From positions 2,728,001 through 2,792,000 of the forward strand of contig OZ218953.1 in NCBI GenBank assembly GCA_965112735.1: a DNA stretch of 64,000 nt. The letters are read 5' to 3'. Positions within the stretch are counted from its first letter, which is position 1, and the number at the start of each line of letters is the position of its first letter. The stretch is from Phaeosaccion multiseriatum (Eukaryota; Protista; Ochrophyta, other classes). The notes beneath the pieces are model-generated. The model had not been told where the DNA came from and made no database searches. It worked only from the letters and a program-made list of their open reading frames with translations. A program made the position numbers and the translations under genes. This document shows positions 37,810 through 48,900 of the stretch, piece after piece.

Positions 37810-40800
37810 ATGACTGAGTCGCGGGACGGAGGAGGGGCGACAGCGGTGGTGGCATCCTCGCAAGGGAGCTTTGAGGAATACCGGGAGCCGCCGCAGACGG
37901 TGGAGGAGCTGCTGCAGGAGCAGGAGCAAGCCTACGGAGAGCAAGGCCTGTCCGTGGAAGGAACACCCCGAGGTGGTGCCCAAGAATTCGGAAAGCCGAA
38001 GCCTGGAGGGGTGGGGGTGGAGCAGCACACCCGAATCTCCCGGTTGTCCCCCACCAGTGTCCTGAGAGCACTTCTGGGGAAAGGGGGAGGGCACCGGCAA
38101 CAGCAATCAAGGGCAAGGATCATAGATGAGCTGCACAGCCCGACAGAGTCGGACATGCAGGAGGTAGTGAGCAACACGGATGAGTCCAATCCGGAGGTGT
38201 GTCACCCCACAGTAGCCCCCTTTGACGCGCCACGGAGGGGCAAAGCTGCCCAGATACGTCCTAGACCAACCATGACAGACACAGATACCGCAGCAGCAGC
38301 AGCGGCGGCAGAGGTGGCATCAGAGAAGCAGTGGGGAGAGCCCTACGTGCACTTTGGTGCGGAGGGCACCAGCGCCAGCGGCGGGGGCAGCAGCGCTGCT
38401 CCCTTGGAGGAGGACTCCGACACCCCTCTACAATTCAAGAACCTCTACTACAACGAAGACTCGACCCTGGGAGGAGACGACTATCCCCAGTCCGAGAGCT
38501 GCCAGGGGGACAGCATTCAGGACGGCAAGCGCGTGGCCACGGGCGGCAAGGACTGGCGCGTGGCCCTGTGGTCCAACCTCGTGCTCGAGGCTCTCGCGGA
38601 AAAGGAGGAGGCCGCAGCCAAGAGCAAGATGGAGGAGGAGAGCAAGGGAGGCGATGGGGTCTACTTCGACGACGACGATGCTTCCGCGTCTGGCTACTAC
38701 TCCCACAACAACGTTCACCGCACGCCCGGCAAGGGGGGCCTCGATGGGATGATGGGGGGTCTGGACGGGGGCTCTTCGAGAGGAGGAGGAGTGCGAGGCG
38801 TGGATGTGGCCAGCGGGGGCGGGAGCGGCAGTGGCAGCGGCGGCAGCCGCAGTGGCGGCAGCGATTATGGGCTGCGCAAGCACGACGCGCAGCGCACCGT
38901 CGAGGATATTAAGACCGTCCTGGACCTCATCGACGTCGAGACCGCCAAGCTGGTGGACGACACGACCCTCATCATGCCCGTGGCGCCCTCCGACGAGGAC
39001 CTGGTGAGCTACTTGGACACCAAGCGGTTCAGCTTCTACATTTTCGCTGGGGCCGCCAGTACAGGTGTGCTCGGCGCCCTGTGGCTCTTTGTGCTCGTTT
39101 CGCCGGTCTTGTACTGGCTGGCCCTGCCTCTCCTGGCCATGACGCTGAACCAGGCCTCCACCTTTGTGGACATGGGTGTATGCACGCGCGACATGACCTT
39201 CAAGGACCACATGGAGGTGGTGGACGCCAACAAGGATTTCTTGCCCTCGGTGGACATTTACCTACCCATCTGCAGCGAGTCCCTGGCCATCCTCCAAAAC
39301 ACATGGGAGCACGTGTGCATGCTGGACTGGCCCAACCTTAACGTGTGGGTGCTGGACGACGGGGCCAAGGCGCAGCACCGAGAGCTCGCAGACATGTACG
39401 GCTTCCATTACCTCACCCGCCCCGACAGGCCCCACCTCAAGAAGGCCGGCAACCTCCGCTTCGCCTTTACGCAGACCAAGGCGGACTTTTTCGTCATTCT
39501 GGACGCCGACTTTTGCCCACGCCAGGACTTTTTGCGCCACTCCATCCCCTACTTTGCCAACGAGCCCGATGTGGGCATTGTGCAGACGCCACAGTACTTC
39601 AAGGTGAGAGAGAGAGAGAGAGAGAGAGGGAGGGCTTGCTTTTGTTGCCGTTTTTTTGTTTTGTGGACGAGTGGAGACAGAGCACCCATTTCTCCCTTCC
39701 ATCTCCAAGTCAGTCATCATCCTCCTTTTCTGTGCCAGCGCAACCCAATTTTCTAATCATATTCATTTCTCCCCACCACCTTCTCCCATCCACAAACGCA
39801 GGTGCGAGAAGGGCAGACGTGGGTAGAGCAGGGAGCAGGCATCGGGCAGGAGCTGTTCTACCGCCTCCTCCAGCAGAACCGAGACCGTTCCAACGCCGCC
39901 ATCTGCGTGGGGTCCTGCGGCATCTACCGCCGCACCGCAGTTGCGCCCTTTGGAGGCTGCAGCTACGTGGAGCACTCGGAGGACATTCGCATCGGCATGC
40001 TCCTCAACAACATTGGCATGCGCACGCGCTACCTGCCTCTGTGTCTGTCCATGGGCGTGTGCCCCAACACACTCCCGGCCTTCTTCATGCAGCAGTACCG
40101 ATGGGCGCAGGGCACACTCACCCTGTACGACGACGACTTTTGGAAGTCCAAGCTCACCTTCAAGCAGCGCATCCACTTCCTCACAGGCCTATTTTGGAAC
40201 ACGTCCAACTTTAGCTCCATCATCATCCTGCCCTTGCCCTCCATCCTGCTCGTGATCCTCCGGCCGGACTTGGTGTTTTGGTGGAACATTGGCTTTGTGC
40301 TGCCCGCCCTCTTCTTCATCCAGATCTACATGCGCTACTACTGGATTTCGCAACGGGGCAAGTACGGCATTTGTGTGCTCAAGGTGAAGATGATTGAGTG
40401 CTATGCGCACGCCTTCGCCTTCAGAGACAGCGTCATGGGCAGCGTGGTGGGCTGGGAGCCGACGGGGGCAGTCAAGAAGGGTGAGTCAGTCGTAGTATTT
40501 ATTTTGTTTTTGGAGGTGGGGCAATTGAAAGCTTTCTTTCTCTCGTACGCAGCTTTTTGCTCACTCACTCACCCACTCACTCACTCCCTTCTCACCGTTC
40601 TTTCCCTGCCCCTTTCCTTCTCTTGTCTCCGCAGTCGACATGTTTGACAAGTCGAGGAGGATGATCACCTACTGGATCGTGGGTGTGAGCTTGTTCACGT
40701 TTGGGGCCGTGGGCTGGAGAGTGTCGCAGGGATACCCCTTCTGGCACTTCATTCCCGTGGCACTGCTCAACGGATGGGAGGTGTACCTGCACATAGATAT

Positions 40801-40819
40801 CCTCTCTTCGCAGGTTTAG
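37810..40819 (+). CDS. Processive GT2 beta-glucan synthase (cellulose synthase-like, BcsA/CelA type); exons 37810-39603, 39802-40480, 40635-40819
   Basis: VDIYLP, VLDDG, KKAGNL, DADF (DxD), VQTPQYF, HSED and QQYRW (QxxRW), with flanking TM helices and a long disordered N-terminal extension. Confidence 0.92.
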
Positions 40820-41746
40820 TAGGTGCGAATCGTGGAGAGAAATTGTGGTCGGGGGCTGGAGTGGGAACAAGCGTACGTAATTTTGTACTTTATACCGTCT
40901 TGGCGGTGTAGCCCCTGGTGTAGGGGGGGGCACGGGGAACGTACGTGCACATATACTTATTTCTTTACTGTCTCTCTCTACTGTGTGTGTCAAGGAGGCT
41001 GATGATGTCTCTCTGCTATTTGAAGCAAGCAGAGAAATGTGCGTTTTTGGGTGGTTGTGGTGCAGGCCTCCGTCCGTTTTATCATATCTGACACAATAAT
41101 AGCTGACTTTTTTGCTATACTTTACAGCTGAACCTTTTTTCTTCCATCTCAAAGCCGCGCGACTTCGATCGACCGCAGCAGCGCCGTGCCTTTCCTTCGC
41201 TCTCTGCGCTCGACCGAAGACCTTCCCCTCTCTTGTCGACGCTGCTGCACACTGGCGATGGACCAAGCGGGACGCAACTCAACCGGTGCACACAGATGCG
41301 CCGTGACGGGCACACACACACACACAGGCGCATGGGCACCCACACCCCACACACACCCTTCCCTCCTCCTCCTATCTGTTACTGTTTGCTCTTGTCTCTG
41401 ATATCGTGAGCAAGGCCGGCGCTGGGGTCCTCCGTGACTGCATGCCTGCGTGCATGCCGCGGGGCCCTCTGATCGGCAAGGCTCGCTGCACAGCGGCCAT
41501 ATCGATGTTGGATGGGCTTCACTCTATACATCGGGCGTCAGCTCGCCAATCAGCTTGGGGGGGGCAACCTCACAACAGCAGTGCTGGTCCGTCCCTGCTC
41601 GGTCCTGACTTCCCTATCACAATCACACTTAGTTGCGCAGAGTGTGTTTCATGTCGCGCTGCCTGCTGGGGATGGGCGAGCGTCTGCCTGCCCTGCTAGA
41701 CGGCACTCTCTGCTGTGTTCTCCTTGCCCACCTCACTCTCTACTCT

Positions 41747-43091
41747 CTACCCGGTCACCGCTCTCCTGAGGACGCTGGCCTCCCTCCACAAGGCCATTTG
41801 CGAGGGGGGATGGGGGCCAAAGCTCGCCATGGCCGAGGCCAGCACCTGCAGATGGAGGGGAACCTTGGCATTGCCCGTCCCGGAAAGGCCCTGACGAGGG
41901 GAAGCAAGAACGGCAGCAGCAGAGACAAGAGGAGACTGAGCAGGACACATCAAGAGCGAGCTTTGGAATCAACAGAGTACATCTGCGGTTGCGCGCATTC
42001 CGCTTATTCCTTCACTTCGCCCGGTGCTGCCCTCACAGGCTGGCTGTGGCTGACTCTCTTCGAACCACCACCTCCGAGACTCACTTGCTCCTGCTTGATG
42101 CTGAGGAGAAGCACCCGCTGGTGCGCCCTGAAGAAAGGACGCGCCTTGGACAGGAGGAGCACCAGCTGCTTGTCAGGCAGCTGCTAGTACACATAGAGGG
42201 CCAATCCAACAAAAGGCGGGCGATGACAAAATAAAAACGAGCTGTGGTAAACGGAGGGAAGGGTGCGAGAAGTCTACGGGGGAGCAAATGGTATAAACAC
42301 CCACCTCAAGTCGGGACAACGCCAGTAGAGTGCAGTCGAAAGCTTCTGCGATGACAGGGGCGAAGAAGGCGTCGTTTCCCTGCAAATGGGAATAGACACA
42401 CCATTGACAACCGGCGGGGGGAAGAGTCAGATGCCGATCGACAGGCGGGGCGGCAAGGTGGACAGACCTCTGCTGCCGAGACAAGCGCGGCGATGGATCT
42501 GCTGTACGCGAAGGCATCCTGGAAGCCCTGTACCACCACCTGTTGCAGCAGCTCCTTGGCGAACAAAAGCATGTGATGAGCAGGCACGCCCCCCACCGTC
42601 AGCGAAGCAGCAGCACCTGCGACGGCTTGGCCACTGGCAGGGCCGCCGCCGCCAGGAGTACAAGACGCACTAATCGCCATACCGAACAAGCGCAGCTGCT
42701 GATTCTCTGGAAAGCTTGGCACAAACGCCGTCGTCGAAGGAGAAGCTGAAGTCCCATTCGTGCTGCCTGCGCGCTGTTTCCTCTTCGCAGGAAGGCCAGC
42801 TTCTGCATCCTCCCCAGCCAGATTGGAAAGACAATTTCTCCGCAGAGAGCGCACGATTTGGGCGCTGTCCCCCCGCCTGCGGGCTATGGCCGCGGCAAAA
42901 GCGAACTTGAGCAACTTCTGTTGAGCAATGGAAAGAGGCGCTGCTCTGGAAGCGCAAGACTGCTGCTCGCCGCTGACATTCACACCACCCGTTCCTTGCT
43001 TCTGCTCATCCGCTGGACAGATTGGTATGCCCCCTGCCGCTGGTAAGCCGGCCATTGCGGAAATGCCGCCAAAATCACAATGAGAGGCCAT
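41747..43091 (-). CDS. Hypothetical protein, about 4 exons
   Basis: The first exon (to ~42468) splices via GT-AG to GNDAFFAPVIAEAFDCTLLALSRLE, QLPDKQLVLLLSKARPFFRAHQRVLLLSIKQEQ and GLSGTGNAKVPLHLQVLASAM... No family recognised. Confidence 0.5.
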
Positions 43092-43451
43092 CAGATGGCA
43101 CCAGAAGGCCTAGGATTTTTCCCCTTCCCCCCCCCTTCCCTCTGGGCCCACACTACCATAAGGGAGGCGCTGTGCAACGGCCTCAGTCAAGACCTGCTCC
43201 ACAAGTCTTTCCTCCTTCCTTGCGGCGTTGTGTTTCTGTCACGCTGAGGAGGGGGTGTGGGAGCTTCGAACAGCTCGATTCAAACTGTCGATGTTGAGTC
43301 GATAGCGAAAGGGACGCACGAGGAGGGGGGCAGAACGGGGGGCGGTGAGTTAGGACAGGTGCCGTGATAGTAGGACTGACGGGAGTGGTGGTGAATCTCG
43401 AGGAGCAGGGCAGTGCTCGCGGCGGGGGTGGGGCTCTTAGGCGACGCCCCC

Positions 43452-44663
43452 ATGGCGTCAAGACGGGAAGTCGAAGCGGCAGCAGGAGGGGGGGCAGGAG
43501 CAGCCTCAGCTAGAGCACGCATAGAGCCCATTGTGACGGTCAGACGGAGAGCAATAACTGGCTTAGAAAAGGCTCTGGATCGGATCGTGGGTCCGCCACT
43601 ACCTGCCCACAAAGACAGCGAAAGCACAGAAGAGGAGGAAGCGGCGGGGGCCGCCCCGCATTCCGGTAAGCGGAGACGCTTAAACTCGGGAAACGCAGAG
43701 GAGGGAAAGTGCGGTGGCAAGGAGAGTAGCTCGATCGCGAGCTGGAAGCAAGGTTTCCGGGAAGCAATTCTGGGCGCCGTGAGGAAGTACAGCGACGTGC
43801 TGGAACTGGATGCGGAGGAGTCGGCGAAGAACGTGCTGGCTGAGATAGGGGAAGTCTACAACAAGCTGGAGGAGTGCAGAGAGCGAGTCGAGGTGAGACT
43901 TGGGGTGAAGGGGGGGGGGGGGCAGACACTAGTCGTGACTACTCTTGTTTACACCATTGCTCTCTCTTTACATGTGCAGACGCTAATTTGACAGCAATCC
44001 CGAGCTCACACACTTCCCCTCCTTCTTCCCCCTCCCCCCTTCGCCTCCCCCCCCCCTCCTCCCTACCTACCCACCTCCCTCCCTACCTACCTACCTCCCT
44101 ACCTACGCACCTACCTACCTCCAACCCCCCCCAAGGTCCTGCGGCAGACTGTGCCTCAGCAGGCGAGCCAAGCCTTCCACGGAGACCTACTGGCGCTCCG
44201 CCCACCCACCACAGGTCAGTCGGTCAGTTGTGTTGGAGGTCGGATCCGAGAGATCCGAGGAGCCTGGGCATTGGCGGTCTTGGCGTTACTCGTACTTGTC
44301 ATTGTCCGGAGAGTGCAAAGCCATTTGGAGGCACCTGCGTTGCGTCACTTGCCCCAGCCTGAACATCCCGTCCCACTCGCTCCTCGTCTTTCTTCAAAGA
44401 TGAACTGATGTGTGTTTCACGCTCCCGCCTCCCCCTCGCTGTGTACTCTTTGTCCTCGCCTACCGTGCTTTACACCATCGCCTTTGTTCGGCTACAGAAG
44501 GGGCAGCAGCAGTAGGAGGAGGAGGAGCAGGAGCAGCACCAGCAGGAGAAGGAGCGGCGGCGGCGGGAGGCAGGGGTGCTGCTGATATGCTGCGCAAACT
44601 GCAGGACCTATCAGGGGACCTCTCTACGCTAAAGGAGCCGCTGCAGGTGCGTCTGTGAGTGTG

Positions 44664-44702
<39 letters not shown>

Positions 44703-45406
44703 ATGGGTCCCCTGCTGACTTACTTGCTCTCTTGTTGGGACGCCCAAACGCTTGCTTGGTGAGGCCTCTTCCTTCGAATGTATCTCCCCCACCTCCAACC
44801 AGCCCGCCCTCCTTCCCTCACACCCCATGTCGAATATGTGTATCTCCGCCCAACACCCACAGAGCACAGAACAGGCCCTGCCCAAGGTGGAGGAGGAGCT
44901 GCGGGCCTCCGTTGACGCAGTCACTGGTGAGCAACGAAACGTTTCCCATCCACTCCAACCCCCCCCCCCCCCCCCCAAGTGACAGTTACGCACAGCCTTT
45001 CCCACGGAATCTTGCTACTAGCCCGCTCCTTCCTTCCATACCTCTGACCTCGCTCTCCTCCTCCACCCTGCTAGTGGCGCACGCACGCACGTACTTGACG
45101 CACGCACACACCCACCCACGCCCTCGCTCAACCACTCTCCCCCCCCCCCCTCCGCTCCCATCCCCATCCCCTCCCCCCCTCTCTGTAGGAGCTCTGGCGA
45201 GCAACGGCAGTGGACCAGAGGCGCTCCTGCACACACGAGTGGCGCCGCTACCGGGCACAGCGCAGGCGGTGTCTGCCGAGGCCAGCGAGAAGGAGGACCA
45301 GCGCACCGCCGCACGCAGCAAGCGGGCAGAGGAGGCCAGGCAGGCCGCTGCGCTTAAGGGAGACGGCGTGCTGCACTCGGTCGTGTCTCTGTTGAGCAAG
45401 GGCTGA
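43452..45406 (+). CDS. Coiled-coil protein, possibly kinetochore Mis14/Nsl1-like, about 5 exons
   Basis: Spliced VYNKLEECRERVE|VLRQTVPQQASQAF...LSTLKEPLQ|STEQALPKVEEELRASVDAV resembles the Mis14 pattern as I remember it. The gene model is sounder than the family call. Confidence 0.45.
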
Positions 45407-45987
45407 GCTGAGCGGAGCCACAGCGGAGGGGAGGGGAGGAGAAGGGCACCAGGATTTTAACCGGGTTTTGGCTGCGTTGTTGGTTTGTTTTGTTTGTAGA
45501 AGGCGTCCATGGCTGTCTTGAGCTCTGGGCGCTGAGGGGGCGGGCGAAAGTCACTTCACGTCAGCTCAGCTCAATTCAGTTGAGTTGACTTCAGTTCAGT
45601 GGGGAGATGGCGTCCAAAGAGAGCGCCTGACAACGAACGACGTGACGCCTTTGCCGCAGCAGCAGAGAGGGAGGGAGAGGCTCTCTCTCACACGAGAGAG
45701 AGAGAGAGAGATCACACAGGTCGGGCAAAGACGCCCCCTAATTGACTTAATTACATGTATGGTAACATCAAGCCCTTGCTACCTCCATTGCCTCCTAGCC
45801 CCCTTCGAGCACCGGCGTGCCCCCCTTCAGGAGGATCGAGGGCGTGTGCCTGGAGCAGGCCATTCGATCCAACGCCTCTTGCCCTTGTCCCGTATGTTTG
45901 CCCCCGACGAAGCTCCCTTCGTTGCCCCCCTCACCAACAGAGTCCCTCCCCTCCTCCCTCTCCTCGTCCTCCGCCTCCTCCTTGTCT

Positions 45988-48900
45988 TCATCCTCCTCCC
46001 TCTCCACCTGTGAGAGCCTTCGCCTTCGAGAGGTCAGAGCGAGCGAGAGGGCTCGTCTCACTTGGTACGGCTGCAAAGAAGGACTGCAATGCATCGGCTC
46101 CCTTCCCCGCTGCAAGTGCCTCCTCTTCCTCCTCCTCCTCCTCTTCCCTCTCTACTTGGGACAGTCTGCGTTTTTTGCTTTTCCGCATTTCCGTATCGCC
46201 ACTACTAAGGGTAGCTTCTCCTGCCGCCGCTAGGGTCGAAGCCGCAGGCCCTCCCGTTGCTGCTGCCTCTCCTGCCGCCGCCGCTAGACTCCCATGCACA
46301 TCAACGATGGAGAATGCCCCAAAGCTAGAAGTGGCGGTGAAAGACGACGAGCCAGTGCGAGACGAAGAAGGCGAAGAAGAAGAAGAAGAAGAAGCAGAAG
46401 CAGATGTCCTGCCATTATACTGCTGCTGAGTCAGACCCCAAGCCCTCATGTCGACTCCTCCCTCCCCTCCCCCTGACCCTGACCCTGACCCTGACCCTGA
46501 CCCTGACCCTGACCCTGACCCTGACCCTGACCCTGACCCTGACCCTGACCCTGACCCTGACCCTGACCCTGACCCTGACCCTGACCCTGACCCTGACCCT
46601 GACCCTGACCCTGACCCTGACCCTGACCCTGACCCTGACCCTGACCCTGACCCTGACCCTGACCCTGACCCTGACCCTGACCCTGACCCTGACCCTGACC
46701 CTGACCCTCCTGAGAGGGTGTCTGTGCCCACCCCCTCTTTCGTCGTTGTCATCATCGGCGTTGTCATCGTTGGGCTCGTTGGCACCAATGCTGTTGTGGT
46801 CATGATCGGCAGAGGCATCTGCGCAGCGGCCAGTGCCGTCAACGCCTTGACTTGCGCAGTGCTCGCCTCCGCATGCGTCTTGACCAGACTGGTCAGGCTC
46901 TGGTCGTCGTCGTCCTCCTCCTCCTGAGCCTGGGCCCTTCTCATCACGCTCCTCCGCCGGGCTTGTCGCTGGAGCACCAGCACCGCCCGTGCCTTCCTCA
47001 TTTGGAGCCAAAAGCGAAACTTGCTCGTCTGCCGCTGAATGATCCTTGCTGCTGCTGTGTCGCTCAGGCCCAGCCCCGCCCCTCCCTCTCGCATGGTCAC
47101 AGTCAACCGTCCCTCCTCCTCCTCCTCCTCCTCCTCCTCCTCCTCCTCCTCCTCCTTCCTCTCCTCCTTCCTCTCCTCCTCCTCCTTCCTCTCCTCCTTC
47201 CTCTCCTCCTCCTTGGAATGGGCTGAGGTTATGCCTGCGTCACCCTCGGGGCTCCATCGCACGCCGTTCTGCCGCTGGAGGCTCACTCGCCGTGCTTGTC
47301 GTTGAATTAAGAGGGCAGCATTGTATCGCTTCTCCTCTTCTGCTTCTGTTTTAGGCTCCACTTCCTCTGCTTCCGCGGGAGTCATCCTTGGCCACAGGTC
47401 ATCCTCCTCCTGCCTTTGGACCAGCAGATCGGCCGCGCGATATCGCTCCTCCTGCTCCCTTGCGGCCTCTTCCTCCTCTGCTTCGGCCTGAGACAGGTGC
47501 CTCTTTCGTCCTCGCTTCCCCGCTGCTGCTGCTTCTGCCGCCGCCGCTGCTGCTGCTTCCCCTTCTCCTCCTCGAGCTACTACATTACCTTGCCCGTCCG
47601 GCGGCGGCTGCATCACCAACTGCTGCTGTTGCTGCCGCCCCCCCTCCTCTTCCTCCTCCCTCTGCCGAGACTGCTCCCGCTGCGACTGCCTCCTCCTGCT
47701 GGCCTGTCTCTGAATGACGAGGGCGGCGTTGTGCTCGGTGAGAGTCGTCTGACGCGCGGACCTCTCTGCTTCTGCCTGTTGGCGCTTCAGGCTCGCCTCT
47801 TGCTGGCGACGCTGCCGCCCGCGCATGATTCTCTGGATAAGCGTGGCGGCCTCTCCCTCCTCCTGCTGTGCCAGCTGCAAGAGCTGCTGCTGTTGCTGCT
47901 GTTTCCGCCTCGTGACTTTCTGAATAAGCGTGGCGGCCAGGCCTTCCTTGCTTCCCTGATGAGTCGGCTGGGCGGTGCCTGGTGCCTTTTTGGCCTTATT
48001 AATTCTCTCCCGATGGCTGCGTCTCCTCGCCTGGCGCTGAATCGCTGCAGCCGCGCTGTCTCGCTCCTCCTGCTGCTTGCGCAACAGTTGGCGTCTGGCT
48101 TGCTTTTGAATCACCAACGTCGCCGCTAGCTGCGCCTGTAGCTGTGCCTCCAGCTGCTCTGCGGTCATCATTGACTCATCGCTATCGACGAGGGTGAGGT
48201 CGGGGTCCGCCAAAGAGGGTGTGAGGAGGGACGTTTGGTGTTGAGTGTTCATCATCTTCCGCCGCTCCCTCTGACGAAGTATCTCCCCAGCTCTCTCCGC
48301 CTCCATTCTTTCTTGACTGCCTTCCTCCTCCTCCAGCTCAACTTCAAACAGTCTCCTCTTCCTACTCATTCGCTGCTGCTGCAGCTGTTGCTGCGGCGGC
48401 TGCTGCGGCTGCTGCGGCCTCCTTATCCTCTTGTTGCTCTTCTTCCTCTTGTTCTGGTCAGTCCCAAGGTCCCTTCGACTCCCCATCCTCCTCACCTCGC
48501 GCTGAATGACTCGAGCGGCAGCCGTGCTGCGCTCATCGCTGCCGCTGCCACCCCCCATTCCGCCCGACTCCGCCTCTACTACCACCACCGATGGCACTGT
48601 TCGTGCTTCGACAGTCACAGCTGGCATCGGCTCCTCCACAGCACATGCCTGCACCTGCGGGTCCTCAACACCCTTTTTGAGCTGCCGTCCCTCCTCCGCA
48701 CTCCCAGTCTCGACCCTTTCCACCGATGCTGCTGCTGCTGCTGCTCGTTCTGCCACATCCGCTGCTGCTGTTGCTGCTGCCGCCGCCGCTGTGGCCGCCG
48801 CCGCTGCCGCGACCGCAGCTGTTGCCGCTGCCGCTGCTTTCGCAGCCGCTGTTGTATCGGTAACGACAATCGAGGCGGTGCTGACATCTGGCTCTTGCTG

